Numbered from the stretch's first letter, positions 36,466 through 44,937 are shown. The stretch: 64,000 nt of DNA from an uncultured bacterium (GCA_963768625.1 CAVYIK010000003.1:518715-582714); one strand, 5' to 3'. Notes: generated by a model from the sequence alone, not told the origin. Made by a program: numbers and translations.

Positions 36466-39189
36466 ATGGAAAAAGACCAAAAAATCGAGACCATAGATAT
36501 CACGCCAGATAAGAGCATCTACCATAAGATCGGGGAGGCAAACTATTCGATTTCCGATGCGCTCGCAGAGTTGGTAGATAACTCTATTGATGCCGCGAAC
36601 GAAGACGGCGTAGAGATATTCATAGTCTTAGATAAAAAAGATGGGAAGATCATTATTGAAGATAATGGGCAGGGAATGAACAAAGAGATAGCCTCGAAGA
36701 GTTTGGTGCTTGCCTATTCTAAGAAGCATGACGCGCTAGGCGAATTCGGCTTGGGTCTAAAGTCGGCCTGCACAAGTCTCGGAACAATTTTTACTATAAC
36801 GAGCACTCCAAAAGGATCAGAAGAAAAATATACCCTCGAATATAATAAAGAACAATTTCTACAATCGAGCGATTGGAGTAAATACCCCCTCACGATTGTA
36901 AAAGCCCCAAAGAATGAACACGGAACAAAAATAGAAATCAGCGATCTGAAAATAAAATTATACGACGCACTTGTTACACGCCTTAAGGACGATCTAGCAA
37001 AAAGATACGGCCCTTACATTGAGCACAACAACGTTGTCATTAAGGTCGGCCTTAAGAGAGAGACCGCCAAGCCGTGCGTGCCTAGCGAGAATAAGCTAGT
37101 CGCTGATACAAAGAAGGATTTTTCGTACATGCTTTCAAAGGGAAGCACTATTACGGGTTGGTACGGCCTTTTGGAAGTTGGATCGCAAAAGCAAAGCGGC
37201 TTCAATATGTTCCGAAGGGGACGTTTGATAAGAGCGTCTGAGAAACTTGGTTATAACTATCACCCGCATCTTATGAGCGTTACTGGCGAAATAAACTTAG
37301 ACTCCGTACCAGTAACCCACAACAAAAGAGAGTTCATCGTTGAATCGCCCGAATTCAAGGAATTTATTGAAAATTTCTGGGGCGATCAGACCGAAAAATA
37401 TTTAGGTTACAAGGCCAAGGGGAAGATTGACGAGATAACGAAAACCGCCAGAGATCGATCGAACCAAGAAAAAGCGGATAGTATGCCGACCGAGAAGAAG
37501 GAAACGATAAAGAATAACTTATTGAACGCCCTCAATCGCCTCGATGAGTTTAAGGAGTTAGCCTACCCAGATCTATACCAACCAAAGAAAAGATCCGTAA
37601 CTGGGAAAGAGGATTTGAAGGAAACCAGAGAAACCGATTTACGAGTGGCTAAAGAAGAGGAAGTTACCCCCACAAAGGAGGAGGAGGAAAGGGATCACAG
37701 GACGCCCAAAAAGACCCAGCCCAAGACGGCCAAATTTATAATGGTCGGGGGCAAGAAATTTAAGTTTGACTTCTTTCTAAAGAATCTAGGAAACGACGGC
37801 GTTGATAAGGAGACAATTATTAACGAAGACAATGTTATTGAAATATACATCAATACAGGGTTCAAGGGTTACAGCTTGACGAAAGATACGGATTTTTATT
37901 CCACCTTCCACATAGCGGAAGCTATTGCCGAACTCTACGTCAAAGAAGCTAAACAAAAAGTAGAGAGGGTTTTTGAGCTACGAAACAGCCTCATATATGA
38001 AGTCGCGTCTCTAATATACGAGGAGGAAGAATATAAGAGACTTGAGAAAACTGAGAGGGAATTAACTGCGGTAACCGAGAAGAAGAGGGAGCTTGAAGAA
38101 AAAGAGAATAAGAACAAGTCTATAGAAAACGATTATAAAAACATGAATTCACGTCAGACCATCCTACAAAAAATATGTCAGTTAAGGGGCACGAATGTCG
38201 TCGCTTACGTTACTAGCGACCGGCCGTTTATCAACGCTCCGATGGAGCCTAATGATATCAGGATATTCAAGGATCATTTAGATCAATTTACCGATAGAAA
38301 AAATATAGACTTGTTTCTTATTAGCAATGGTGGCACCTCAACAACCGCATGGGCTTTGATAAATCTCTTAAGAGAGTATACGGATAAGATCTCCGTTATT
38401 ATCCCTTATAAAGGATTTAGTTGCGCAACATCCGTAGCGATAGGTGCAGACGAAATTGTGATGTCCAAAATGGGCACTCTTGGCCCGATTGATCCCTCTG
38501 TATCTAACGCCTTTAATCCTTCTATAAACGGGCAGCTAGTTCCTATTTCTGTAGAGGACGTATCTTCCTATAATCAGCTTGCGAGAAAGATTTTCGGAAT
38601 AAAGGATCAGAAGCAAATAGTCAGTGTGTTCGAAAAGCTCTCTACGGATATCAAGCCATTAGCATTGGGTAATGCCTATAGGCATTATATGAAGGCTCGC
38701 GACGATGCTCAGAAACTTCTTTCTTTACATACTAAGGGTTGGCTAAAACGATTCAAGATAAAAAAGATCACAAAGACACTGGTGGAAAAGTTATATTTTC
38801 ACGGACATCATATCAATCGGAATGAAGCTAAGGACATTGGCTTAAATGTGATAGAGCCGAGTGCTGAGATGGAAACATTAATGTGGAATCTTTATAAGGA
38901 GTATGAATCTGATATGCAATTTAAGGTTCCTTACAAGGATGAACCGACGGCCGGAAGAGATATACCGCTAACCTACATAGAAAGCGTCGATAAGAGTGAT
39001 AAGAGAATTATCAAACAAAAAATTACGCAGATTAATTTTGTTGGTTTGGGCGTTCCTTTCTTTACCACATTTAACAACGCGCCAGCATTCTTAGTGAACG
39101 GTCAGTTCAGCCCGATTAGAAGCGAGGGAGCCGTTATAACATTAAATAGTCAGCCTTACGATAAAGTAGAATCTGTTTTATGGGCTTAA
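36466..39189 (+). CDS. 907-aa fusion: N-terminal GHKL (HATPase_c_3/MORC-like) ATPase, charged coiled-coil linker, C-terminal ClpP-fold SDH/S49-like serine protease
   Basis: Bergerat motifs: ELVDNSIDA (aa 35-43), DNGQGM (66-71) and GEFGLGLKS (92-100). The middle is KE-rich and coiled-coil (aa 330-555). The C-terminus reads DLFLISNGG...ISVIIPYKGFSCATSVAIGADEIVM...LGPIDPS. From memory this aligns to the serine dehydrogenase proteinase family pattern (HTPGG...AMSGGT...ADEIVM...LGPVDP). AT-rich codon usage. Confidence 0.85.
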   Translation: MEKDQKIETIDITPDKSIYHKIGEANYSISDALAELVDNSIDAANEDGVEIFIVLDKKDGKIIIEDNGQGMNKEIASKSLVLAYSKKHDALGEFGLGLKSACTSLGTIFTITSTPKGSEEKYTLEYNKEQFLQSSDWSKYPLTIVKAPKNEHGTKIEISDLKIKLYDALVTRLKDDLAKRYGPYIEHNNVVIKVGLKRETAKPCVPSENKLVADTKKDFSYMLSKGSTITGWYGLLEVGSQKQSGFNMFRRGRLIRASEKLGYNYHPHLMSVTGEINLDSVPVTHNKREFIVESPEFKEFIENFWGDQTEKYLGYKAKGKIDEITKTARDRSNQEKADSMPTEKKETIKNNLLNALNRLDEFKELAYPDLYQPKKRSVTGKEDLKETRETDLRVAKEEEVTPTKEEEERDHRTPKKTQPKTAKFIMVGGKKFKFDFFLKNLGNDGVDKETIINEDNVIEIYINTGFKGYSLTKDTDFYSTFHIAEAIAELYVKEAKQKVERVFELRNSLIYEVASLIYEEEEYKRLEKTERELTAVTEKKRELEEKENKNKSIENDYKNMNSRQTILQKICQLRGTNVVAYVTSDRPFINAPMEPNDIRIFKDHLDQFTDRKNIDLFLISNGGTSTTAWALINLLREYTDKISVIIPYKGFSCATSVAIGADEIVMSKMGTLGPIDPSVSNAFNPSINGQLVPISVEDVSSYNQLARKIFGIKDQKQIVSVFEKLSTDIKPLALGNAYRHYMKARDDAQKLLSLHTKGWLKRFKIKKITKTLVEKLYFHGHHINRNEAKDIGLNVIEPSAEMETLMWNLYKEYESDMQFKVPYKDEPTAGRDIPLTYIESVDKSDKRIIKQKITQINFVGLGVPFFTTFNNAPAFLVNGQFSPIRSEGAVITLNSQPYDKVESVLWA

Positions 39190-39204
39190 TTCTAAAAATT
39201 TATT

Positions 39205-39233
39205 TCACGGCCATGCGGCCGTGAGCTATTTTT
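39205..39233 (+). terminator. rho-independent terminator of the 907-aa gene
   Basis: CACGGCC-ATGC-GGCCGTG followed by AGCTATTTTT, 16 nt after the stop codon. Confidence 0.6.
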
Positions 39234-39500
39234 GTGGGGGAGGAATTTGGGCGCGCCATACGCGAAGCCCCGAAGCCAGCAGGCTGAGGGGCTGAGCACA
39301 CCATTTCGGAGGGGGTCTAGCGGAGTGAAGTAGGAGTTTGGATTTTGTCGGGCGATGCTCGGAAAGGCCAACGTTTGCAGGTCAATCTCGATCCGCTACC
39401 CCTTCAATTCGTCGCAGGCAATTTGAAGGGGTATTTGAAGGGGTAGCGGACTACGATATACTGCTGAAATAAGTTCGGATTTTATCCAAAAACGACCGCA
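39232..39500. repeat. inverted repeat A, right copy (269 bp)
   Basis: Reverse complement of 35900..36179 (see the left copy). Confidence 0.95.
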
Positions 39501-39588
39501 GACTAATTCGATTTTTATTTTCCACCGCGAGCGGCCACGCTTCGCGTGGCATGAAATCTAGCTTTCCCTCGCCGAGCCGGAAGTTCGA
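39501..39588. repeat. inverted repeat B, left copy (88 bp): an inverted duplicate of the recombinase gene 3' end
   Basis: The reverse complement is 88/88 identical to 41143..41230 (checked base by base). Confidence 0.95.
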
Positions 39589-39645
39589 CGCCGTAGACGG
39601 CGGTTCGCTGTTCGCTCACACCAATCTTTTCGCTTTTTACCAAAG

Positions 39646-39654
39646 TGGTATACT
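39646..39654 (+). promoter_or_regulatory. possible extended -10 promoter element upstream of the recombinase gene
   Basis: TGGTATACT (TGn + TATACT). It is flanked by a direct repeat CACCAATCTT at about 39618 and about 39662. No convincing -35. Confidence 0.3.
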
Positions 39655-39786
39655 AGAGGCGCACCAATCTTGAAGCCCGAAATTTTTGTATAACACGGGT
39701 TACACACCCAAACGGGCGATTCTGTTCAATTTTGCTTTCGGGCAAGGTTGGTGCAACAGGGTCGCCCTTTTGAGTTTTTGAGAACT

Positions 39787-41394
39787 ATGGATACTCAACC
39801 CAAAAAGTTTTTTCTCTACGCCCGCAAGTCCACCGACACGGAGGAACGTCAGGTGCGGAGTATTGACGACCAGATCGCGGAGCTTCACGAGTTGGCGGCG
39901 AGAGAGGGCATAGAAATATTAAGAACGTATACCGAGAAGCAGACGGCGAAAGCTCCGGGTCGTCCCATATTCAACGAGATGCTTGCGGACATAGAGAAGG
40001 GCCTTGCCGATGGCATCTTGGCGTGGCATCCCGACAGGTTAGCACGTAACTCCGTGGACGGCGGCAAGATTATATGGCTTCTCGACATCGGCAAGCTCCA
40101 CCATCTCAAATTCTCAACTTTTTGGTTTGAGAACACGCCGCAGGGTAAGTTCATGCTACAGATAGCGTTTGGCCAATCGAAATACTACGTTGATAATCTC
40201 TCCGAAAATATCCGGCGAGGGGTGCGGCAAAAATTGAAGAATGGTTTATGGCCTAACATGGCTCCGCTCGGCTACATGAATAGTGCGGCCAAATCCATCG
40301 TAGTTGATCCGCCAAAGGCGTTGCTCATTAAAAAGTCATTCGAATTGTACGCCTCCGGCAGATACTCCCTCGCCTTGTTGCGAAATACTGTAAACGGGCT
40401 TGGCCTTGTGGGACGCCGGAGCCAAACGCTATCCATATCGAACTATCAATATATTCTCAAAAACCCGTTCTATTGCGGCCTCATCCGCTATAACGGCGAG
40501 ATATACGAGGGCAGGCACGAACCCATCATATCCAAGAAACTTTTTGACGAGGTGCAAAGTGTCATGTCGCGCAAGAGCAAGCCGAGCAAAAAAATCGCCA
40601 AGTATTTCGTTTTCCGCGGCCTCATCCATTGCGCCGAGTGCGGTTGCCTCATCACCGCCGAGATACAGAAAGGCCACACCTACTACCGATGCACCAAACG
40701 GAAAACGGCTTGCTCGCAGAAATATATTAGGGAAGAATCCTTGCGCGATCTTTTCAAGCAAGAGATACAAAAAGTTTCTTTGCCCTCCGATTGGGCGGCA
40801 ACAATGGTTGCCGAGCTGGAAAACGAGCGAGCGACGAACGCCCAATCTGCGGACTCCTTTGCTCAAAAGCTGAAAGATAAAATGGTAGTCCTTGATACGA
40901 AGCTATCCCGCCTGATGGACGGCTATCTTGCGGACGCAGTCGCGCTCGAAGAATATCAGATAGCCAAGTCAAAAATGGTATCAGAAAAACAGCTTCTCAA
41001 GGACAAGATATCGGCTTTTGAGCGGAAAGGCGTTTCATGGTTCGAACCTGCCATACAGTTCATAAAAGAAGCGGAATCGGCCTCCACTTTGGCAAAAAGC
41101 GATGATAACAAATCCATACGGGAATTCGCCGAAAAGATTGGTTCGAACTTCCGGCTCGGCGAGGGAAAGCTAGATTTCATGCCACGCGAAGCGTGGCCGC
41201 TCGCGGTGGAAAATAAAAATCGAATTAGTCTGCGGAGGCGGAAGGATTCGAACCTTCGAAGGGATTTCTCCCTTAACATCTTAGCAGGATGCTGCCTTAA
41301 GCCACTCGGCCACGCCTCCGTGTGCCCTAAGCTTATACGACGGGGCGCGGGCTTGCAAGTGATTTGCGCGGAAGGAAAATTAAAGGTAAACTGA
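39787..41394 (+). CDS. large serine recombinase; the ORF 3' end runs through repeat B and antisense across tRNA-Ser
   Basis: FFLYARKSTDTEERQ (catalytic Ser15 at 39829-31) and DRLARN. Recombinase domain, zinc ribbon CAECGC...YYRCTKRKTAC, then a coiled-coil. ATG at 39787 is preferred over the TTG at 39748. Confidence 0.9.
   Translation: MDTQPKKFFLYARKSTDTEERQVRSIDDQIAELHELAAREGIEILRTYTEKQTAKAPGRPIFNEMLADIEKGLADGILAWHPDRLARNSVDGGKIIWLLDIGKLHHLKFSTFWFENTPQGKFMLQIAFGQSKYYVDNLSENIRRGVRQKLKNGLWPNMAPLGYMNSAAKSIVVDPPKALLIKKSFELYASGRYSLALLRNTVNGLGLVGRRSQTLSISNYQYILKNPFYCGLIRYNGEIYEGRHEPIISKKLFDEVQSVMSRKSKPSKKIAKYFVFRGLIHCAECGCLITAEIQKGHTYYRCTKRKTACSQKYIREESLRDLFKQEIQKVSLPSDWAATMVAELENERATNAQSADSFAQKLKDKMVVLDTKLSRLMDGYLADAVALEEYQIAKSKMVSEKQLLKDKISAFERKGVSWFEPAIQFIKEAESASTLAKSDDNKSIREFAEKIGSNFRLGEGKLDFMPREAWPLAVENKNRISLRRRKDSNLRRDFSLNILAGCCLKPLGHASVCPKLIRRGAGLQVICAEGKLKVN
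41143..41230. repeat. inverted repeat B, right copy (inside the recombinase gene 3' end)
   Basis: See 39501..39588. Confidence 0.95.
41233..41319 (-). tRNA. tRNA-Ser(GCT)
   Basis: Hand-folded on the minus strand. Acceptor GGAGGCG/CGCCTCC, anticodon loop CTGCTAA, long variable arm, T-arm GAAGGTTCGAATCCTTC. No encoded CCA. Confidence 0.9.
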
Positions 41395-41406
41395 TTGGTA
41401 CGCAAC

Positions 41407-42036
41407 ATGTCAGACACCATTAAAAATCTTCAATGGCGGTACGCGACGCAGGTCTATGACACGTCGAAGAAGCTGACGGACGCGCAGCGCGAGATCATCA
41501 TGGAAGCGCTCCGCCTTTCCCCGTCGTCCTTCGGACTCCAGCCGTGGAAGTTTATCCACGTGACGGATGCCGCGCTCCGCGCGAAGCTCCGCGCGGCGGC
41601 GTGGGATCAGCCGAAGGTCACGGAGGCATCGGATCTCTTTGTCCTTGCGGTGCGGACAGACCTGGATGAGGCCTATGTGGACCATTACCTTTCCGTGGTG
41701 GCAAAGGACCGCGGCGTCTCTCCGGGATCGCTCAAGGGTTACAAAGATATGCTCATGGGAGCGATCAATAAGCCGAAAAGCGACCTCATAGAATGGTCGA
41801 GTAAGCAGGTCTATCTCGCCCTCGGTGTGACGCTCGCCGCCGCCGCAGAGAATCGGATCGACGCTTCGCCGATGGAAGGTTTCGATACGAAGCAATTTGA
41901 CGAGGTCCTCGGGCTCCCGCAGCTCAATCTCGCATCGCGCGTGATGCTCGCAGTCGGATTCCGGTCGCCGGCGGACAAGAACCAGAAATTTCCCAGATCG
42001 CGCTTCAGCAAAGAAGAAATTTTTATCGAACGATAG
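41407..42036 (+). CDS. nitroreductase family NAD(P)H oxidoreductase
   Basis: RYATQVYD...[13 protein letters not shown]... and ...IDASPMEGF are the typical nitroreductase-fold motifs. Confidence 0.8.
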   Translation: MSDTIKNLQWRYATQVYDTSKKLTDAQREIIMEALRLSPSSFGLQPWKFIHVTDAALRAKLRAAAWDQPKVTEASDLFVLAVRTDLDEAYVDHYLSVVAKDRGVSPGSLKGYKDMLMGAINKPKSDLIEWSSKQVYLALGVTLAAAAENRIDASPMEGFDTKQFDEVLGLPQLNLASRVMLAVGFRSPADKNQKFPRSRFSKEEIFIER

Positions 42037-42060
42037 ATAGCGCGCCTGCGCGCGAAAAAA

Positions 42061-42089
42061 GTCCGCGAGTTGCCGCGGGCGTTTTTTTC
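42061..42089 (+). terminator. rho-independent terminator
   Basis: GTCCGCG-AGTTGC-CGCGGGC followed by GTTTTTTT, with an A-tract upstream. Confidence 0.65.
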
Positions 42090-42107
42090 TGTTAGATTTG
42101 ATGGGTC

Positions 42108-43593
42108 ATGGCACAGCAATCTCCAGTAAAAACCGAAGCAGGGGGCAGGAAACCACGGCCACCGGTCGTGGTCGTTGTGGGGCACGTGGACCACGGAAAG
42201 ACCACGCTTCTTGATTACATCCGCAAGACGAACGTGGCGGCGCGCGAGGCGGGCGGCATCACGCAGGCCACGGGCGCATATGAGATCATCGCACGGCGGC
42301 AGGAAGATCACCTTTATTGATACGCCGGGGCACGAGGCGTTCATCGCGATGCGGGCGCGCGGCGCGGCCGTCGCGGACCTTGCAGTGCTCGTTGTGGCCG
42401 CCGACGAAGGCGTGAAGCCGCAGACAAAGGAGTCCATAAAAATTTTGGCGGAAACAAAAACGCCGTTCATTGTGGCGCTGAACAAGATCGACAAGGTGAA
42501 CGAGGGAGTGCTTGAGAAAACGAAGGGCGACCTTGCGGCCGCGGGGGTTTTGCTTGAGGGCTATGGCGGGCAGGTGAGCTATCACGGCGTATCGGCGAAG
42601 ACGGGCGCCGGGGTGAGCGACCTTCTTGATCTTGTTTTGCTTGCCTCCGATGTGGAGAACCTAACGTGCGACCTTGCGGCTCCCGCTTCGGGCTACGTGC
42701 TTGAAGCGCGGCGCGACCCGCGCCGCGGCATTGAAGCGAGTGTGATCATAAAAGACGGAACGCTCCACCGCGGAGATCCGATAAAGACGCATACAGCAAG
42801 CGGGAAAGTGAAGATACTAGAGGATTTTCTGGGAGCAGGGGTTGAGCGCCTGGAGCCTTCGGCGCCGGCGATCATCATCGGTTTTGAAAAACTGCCGAAG
42901 GTCGGCGAGGAATTCGCCGTGGGCGCATTGAAGGAAGCACAGTCGCCGCAGGCCGGGAGGGCAATCGCGACGCAGATCGCAAAGTCAAAACCGAACACGT
43001 TGAATCTGATTTTGAAGGCCTCCGATGTCGGTTCGCTTGAGGTGCTCTCGGTCATTCTGAAAGGCATTGATCCGAAAGGGGGCAAGGAGATCAACGTGGT
43101 CGAGGAATCAGTGGGGGACGTGACCGACGGCGACGTGCGGCGTGCGCAGGCGACGAACGCCACGATCATCGGCTTCAAAAATAAAGTGGAGAAGGGTGCG
43201 AGGAATCTTGCCGAGGCGCAGGTCGTCACGGTCATCACTTCGAACATCGTCTATGACCTCGTGAAGGCCGTGGAGGAATTCCTTTCTGGCAAGATGGGCC
43301 CTGCGACCGTCGGCGAACTTGAGGTGCTTGCGCTCTTTAACCAGGACAAGCTTGAAAAGCAGCTTGTGGGCGGGCGCGTGACGAACGGCATCTTCCGCGG
43401 GAAATCGAGCTTTGATATAATGCGCCGCACGGGGGAGGAAAATCCGACGGAGCCCTTGGGGCATGGCAGGGTGACGGGCCTTCGGGAGAAGAAATCGGAA
43501 ATAACACAGGCCGAGAAGGGGAAGGAGATCGGCGTCCTCGTGAACTCGTCGGTGCTTATCCAGGTGGGCGACAAGCTCATCATCAGGAAATAA
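42108..43593 (+). CDS. infB: translation initiation factor IF-2 (short form), one frameshift
   Basis: [17 protein letters not shown] (G1) in ORF 42108, then [12 protein letters not shown] (G3) and NKID (G4) in ORF 42175. An extra G near 42291 breaks the frame. Confidence 0.9.
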
Positions 43594-43605
43594 TTTTTTG
43601 CCGCC

Positions 43606-43935
43606 ATGCGATTTTTTCGTTCCGAGCGGGTGAGTAAATTGATACGCGAAGAACTTGCGAAGATCATCTTGCGCGAGCTTGAATTCCCCGATGCGCTCGT
43701 TACGATCACGTCGGTGGAAGTGGACAAGAAGCTTGAGCATGCGAAGGTGAACATGAGCGTCATTCCTTCGTCCGAGGATGAGGCGGCGCTTGCGGTGCTC
43801 GTCAAAGCCACCCCGCATCTCCAGTATCTTTTGATGAAAAAGATCAACATCAAGCCGATGCCGCGCATTGCGTTCGCGATAGACCGCGGGCCGGAGAACG
43901 CGGCGAGCGTTGAAAAAGTACTGCTCACAAAGTAG
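43606..43935 (+). CDS. rbfA: ribosome-binding factor A
   Basis: RSERVSKLIREELAKII...VTITSVEVDKKLEHAKV, immediately downstream of infB. Confidence 0.85.
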   Translation: MRFFRSERVSKLIREELAKIILRELEFPDALVTITSVEVDKKLEHAKVNMSVIPSSEDEAALAVLVKATPHLQYLLMKKINIKPMPRIAFAIDRGPENAASVEKVLLTK

Positions 43936-43946
43936 AATAGGAGCAC

Positions 43947-44018
43947 GGCCTGGTCGCCAAGAGGTAAGGCAAGGGTCTGCAAAACCCTTACACGCGGGTT
44001 CGATTCCCGCCCAGGCCT
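43947..44018 (+). tRNA. tRNA-Cys(GCA)
   Basis: Acceptor GGCCTGG/CCAGGCC, anticodon loop CTGCAAA, T-arm GCGGGTTCGATTCCCGC. Confidence 0.9.
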
Positions 44019-44026
44019 CACGGATA

Positions 44027-44096
44027 CAGCAGGAAGAAAGTGGCTTCGGACAGAGTACTCGGAAGGGCTCTGTCCGAAGCCACTTTCTTCCTGCTG
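44027..44096. repeat. conserved-loop hairpin family, member b (29-bp perfect stem, loop TACTCGGAAGGG)
   Basis: CAGCAGGAAGAAAGTGGCTTCGGACAGAG / CTCTGTCCGAAGCCACTTTCTTCCTGCTG. It starts 8 nt after tRNA-Cys. Confidence 0.85.
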
Positions 44097-44334
44097 CCTT
44101 GGTGATGTTTGAGCGGGAATCGAACGAGGAAGGGGGTCGGGGAAACCCTAGGTTTCCCCGTGTAGGAGGGTCGCGTTCTTATGCGACAGTTCGGCACCGA
44201 GGATGCCGAAAGTGCAGGCCGATTTTATCGGCCGAGCAGTGAGATTCCCGCCCACTCCAACCACTTGCATTTTCCAGCAATTCCGATAGCATCCTAGCTA
44301 GTAGCAGGTCATTGATTCAGAAAGGATAAATGCC

Positions 44335-44919
44335 ATGCCGGGAATCACCATGCTCACAGCTTTGGAGATCTTTAGTAATCCGCGGGACCTCGTAGTCTCA
44401 ACGGGCCGGGTAGAGGGCAAGTATGCGATCGCAATCAGCCGCGGCCCTGGCCACAATTTCAAGATCTTGATCGATTCGCAGCCCTTTGCCGAAACGCCGG
44501 AAGCTGCCACGAAAGCTATCCACGAGATCCTTGGATCAATCCGGGAAGCTGCCACGAAACAACTGGGGGATCGAGAGAGCATTCCATCTCAGTACCTCAA
44601 CCCAAGTGGTCGAAGACTCCATCAGTCTAAGGTTTTGGATGCAGATCTCATCGACTGGATTCTGAATGAACTGCGCGAGGGCAGAGTCGCGCGCACGTAT
44701 CAAAAAGAATCCTCGGCTCCCGAGGCGAATGAGCCAAGAGAGCTGAAGGAAGAGATTTTGGATGAGGTTTGCTCCCACAAGTGGCTTAAGCCGTCCACGA
44801 TCCAGAAAAGGCTGGGCCGCCGCTTCAAGGTTATGGATATAAGAGCCGCGATCAACGAGCTTATCAATGAAAAGAAGATTGTTCTGACCAGCACGAGGAA
44901 GCTTGCGGCGCCTCGCTAA
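44335..44919 (+). CDS. hypothetical protein (possible C-terminal winged-helix)
   Basis: 194-aa ORF followed by a clear terminator. No recognisable catalytic motif. Confidence 0.5.
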   Translation: MPGITMLTALEIFSNPRDLVVSTGRVEGKYAIAISRGPGHNFKILIDSQPFAETPEAATKAIHEILGSIREAATKQLGDRESIPSQYLNPSGRRLHQSKVLDADLIDWILNELREGRVARTYQKESSAPEANEPRELKEEILDEVCSHKWLKPSTIQKRLGRRFKVMDIRAAINELINEKKIVLTSTRKLAAPR

Positions 44920-44937
44920 TGGGGTATCGCTAACGGT

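Larger units (their letters stand above)
35900..41235. mobile_element. about 5.3-kb integrated element at the 3' end of tRNA-Ser(GCT): IR-flanked GHKL/protease cargo plus a large serine recombinase
   Basis: The boundaries are defined by repeats. TGCGG occurs at 35900-35904 and 41231-35, and inverted at 39496-39500. There is a composition drop: the cargo gene gave 38-45% GC on two sampled lines versus 58% in the flank. The element holds a recombinase gene and abuts a tRNA. Confidence 0.75.

Noticed and set aside
35900-39500. A classical terminal-inverted-repeat transposon, suggested by the TG...CA termini of the long repeats.
   Set aside because: The bases flanking 35900 and 39500 (CCGTT versus GACTA) show no target-site duplication. 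No DDE transposase is present. The right end abuts the recombinase-gene duplicate exactly at the TGCGG core, which fits a site-specific recombination origin better.
39700-39888. A 62-aa minus-strand ORF overlapping the recombinase start region.
   Set aside because: It overlaps the 5' end of the well-supported recombinase gene in antisense and has no motif or expression signals.
41231-41394. The C-terminal 54 residues of the recombinase ORF as a genuine extra domain.
   Set aside because: They are the antisense translation of tRNA-Ser and its flank (…RRRKDSNLRRDFSLNILAGCCLKPLGH…). This is read-through created by the junction, not a conserved domain.
44100-44265. Possible tmRNA or tRNA-like gene: a structured region ending GAGATTCCCGCCCACTCCAACCA.
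   Set aside because: No 5' strand complementary to CCACTCC was found. The T-stem does not pair. There is no tag reading frame, and the region is far too short. It is treated instead as an att-like partial repeat of the tRNA-Cys 3' end.
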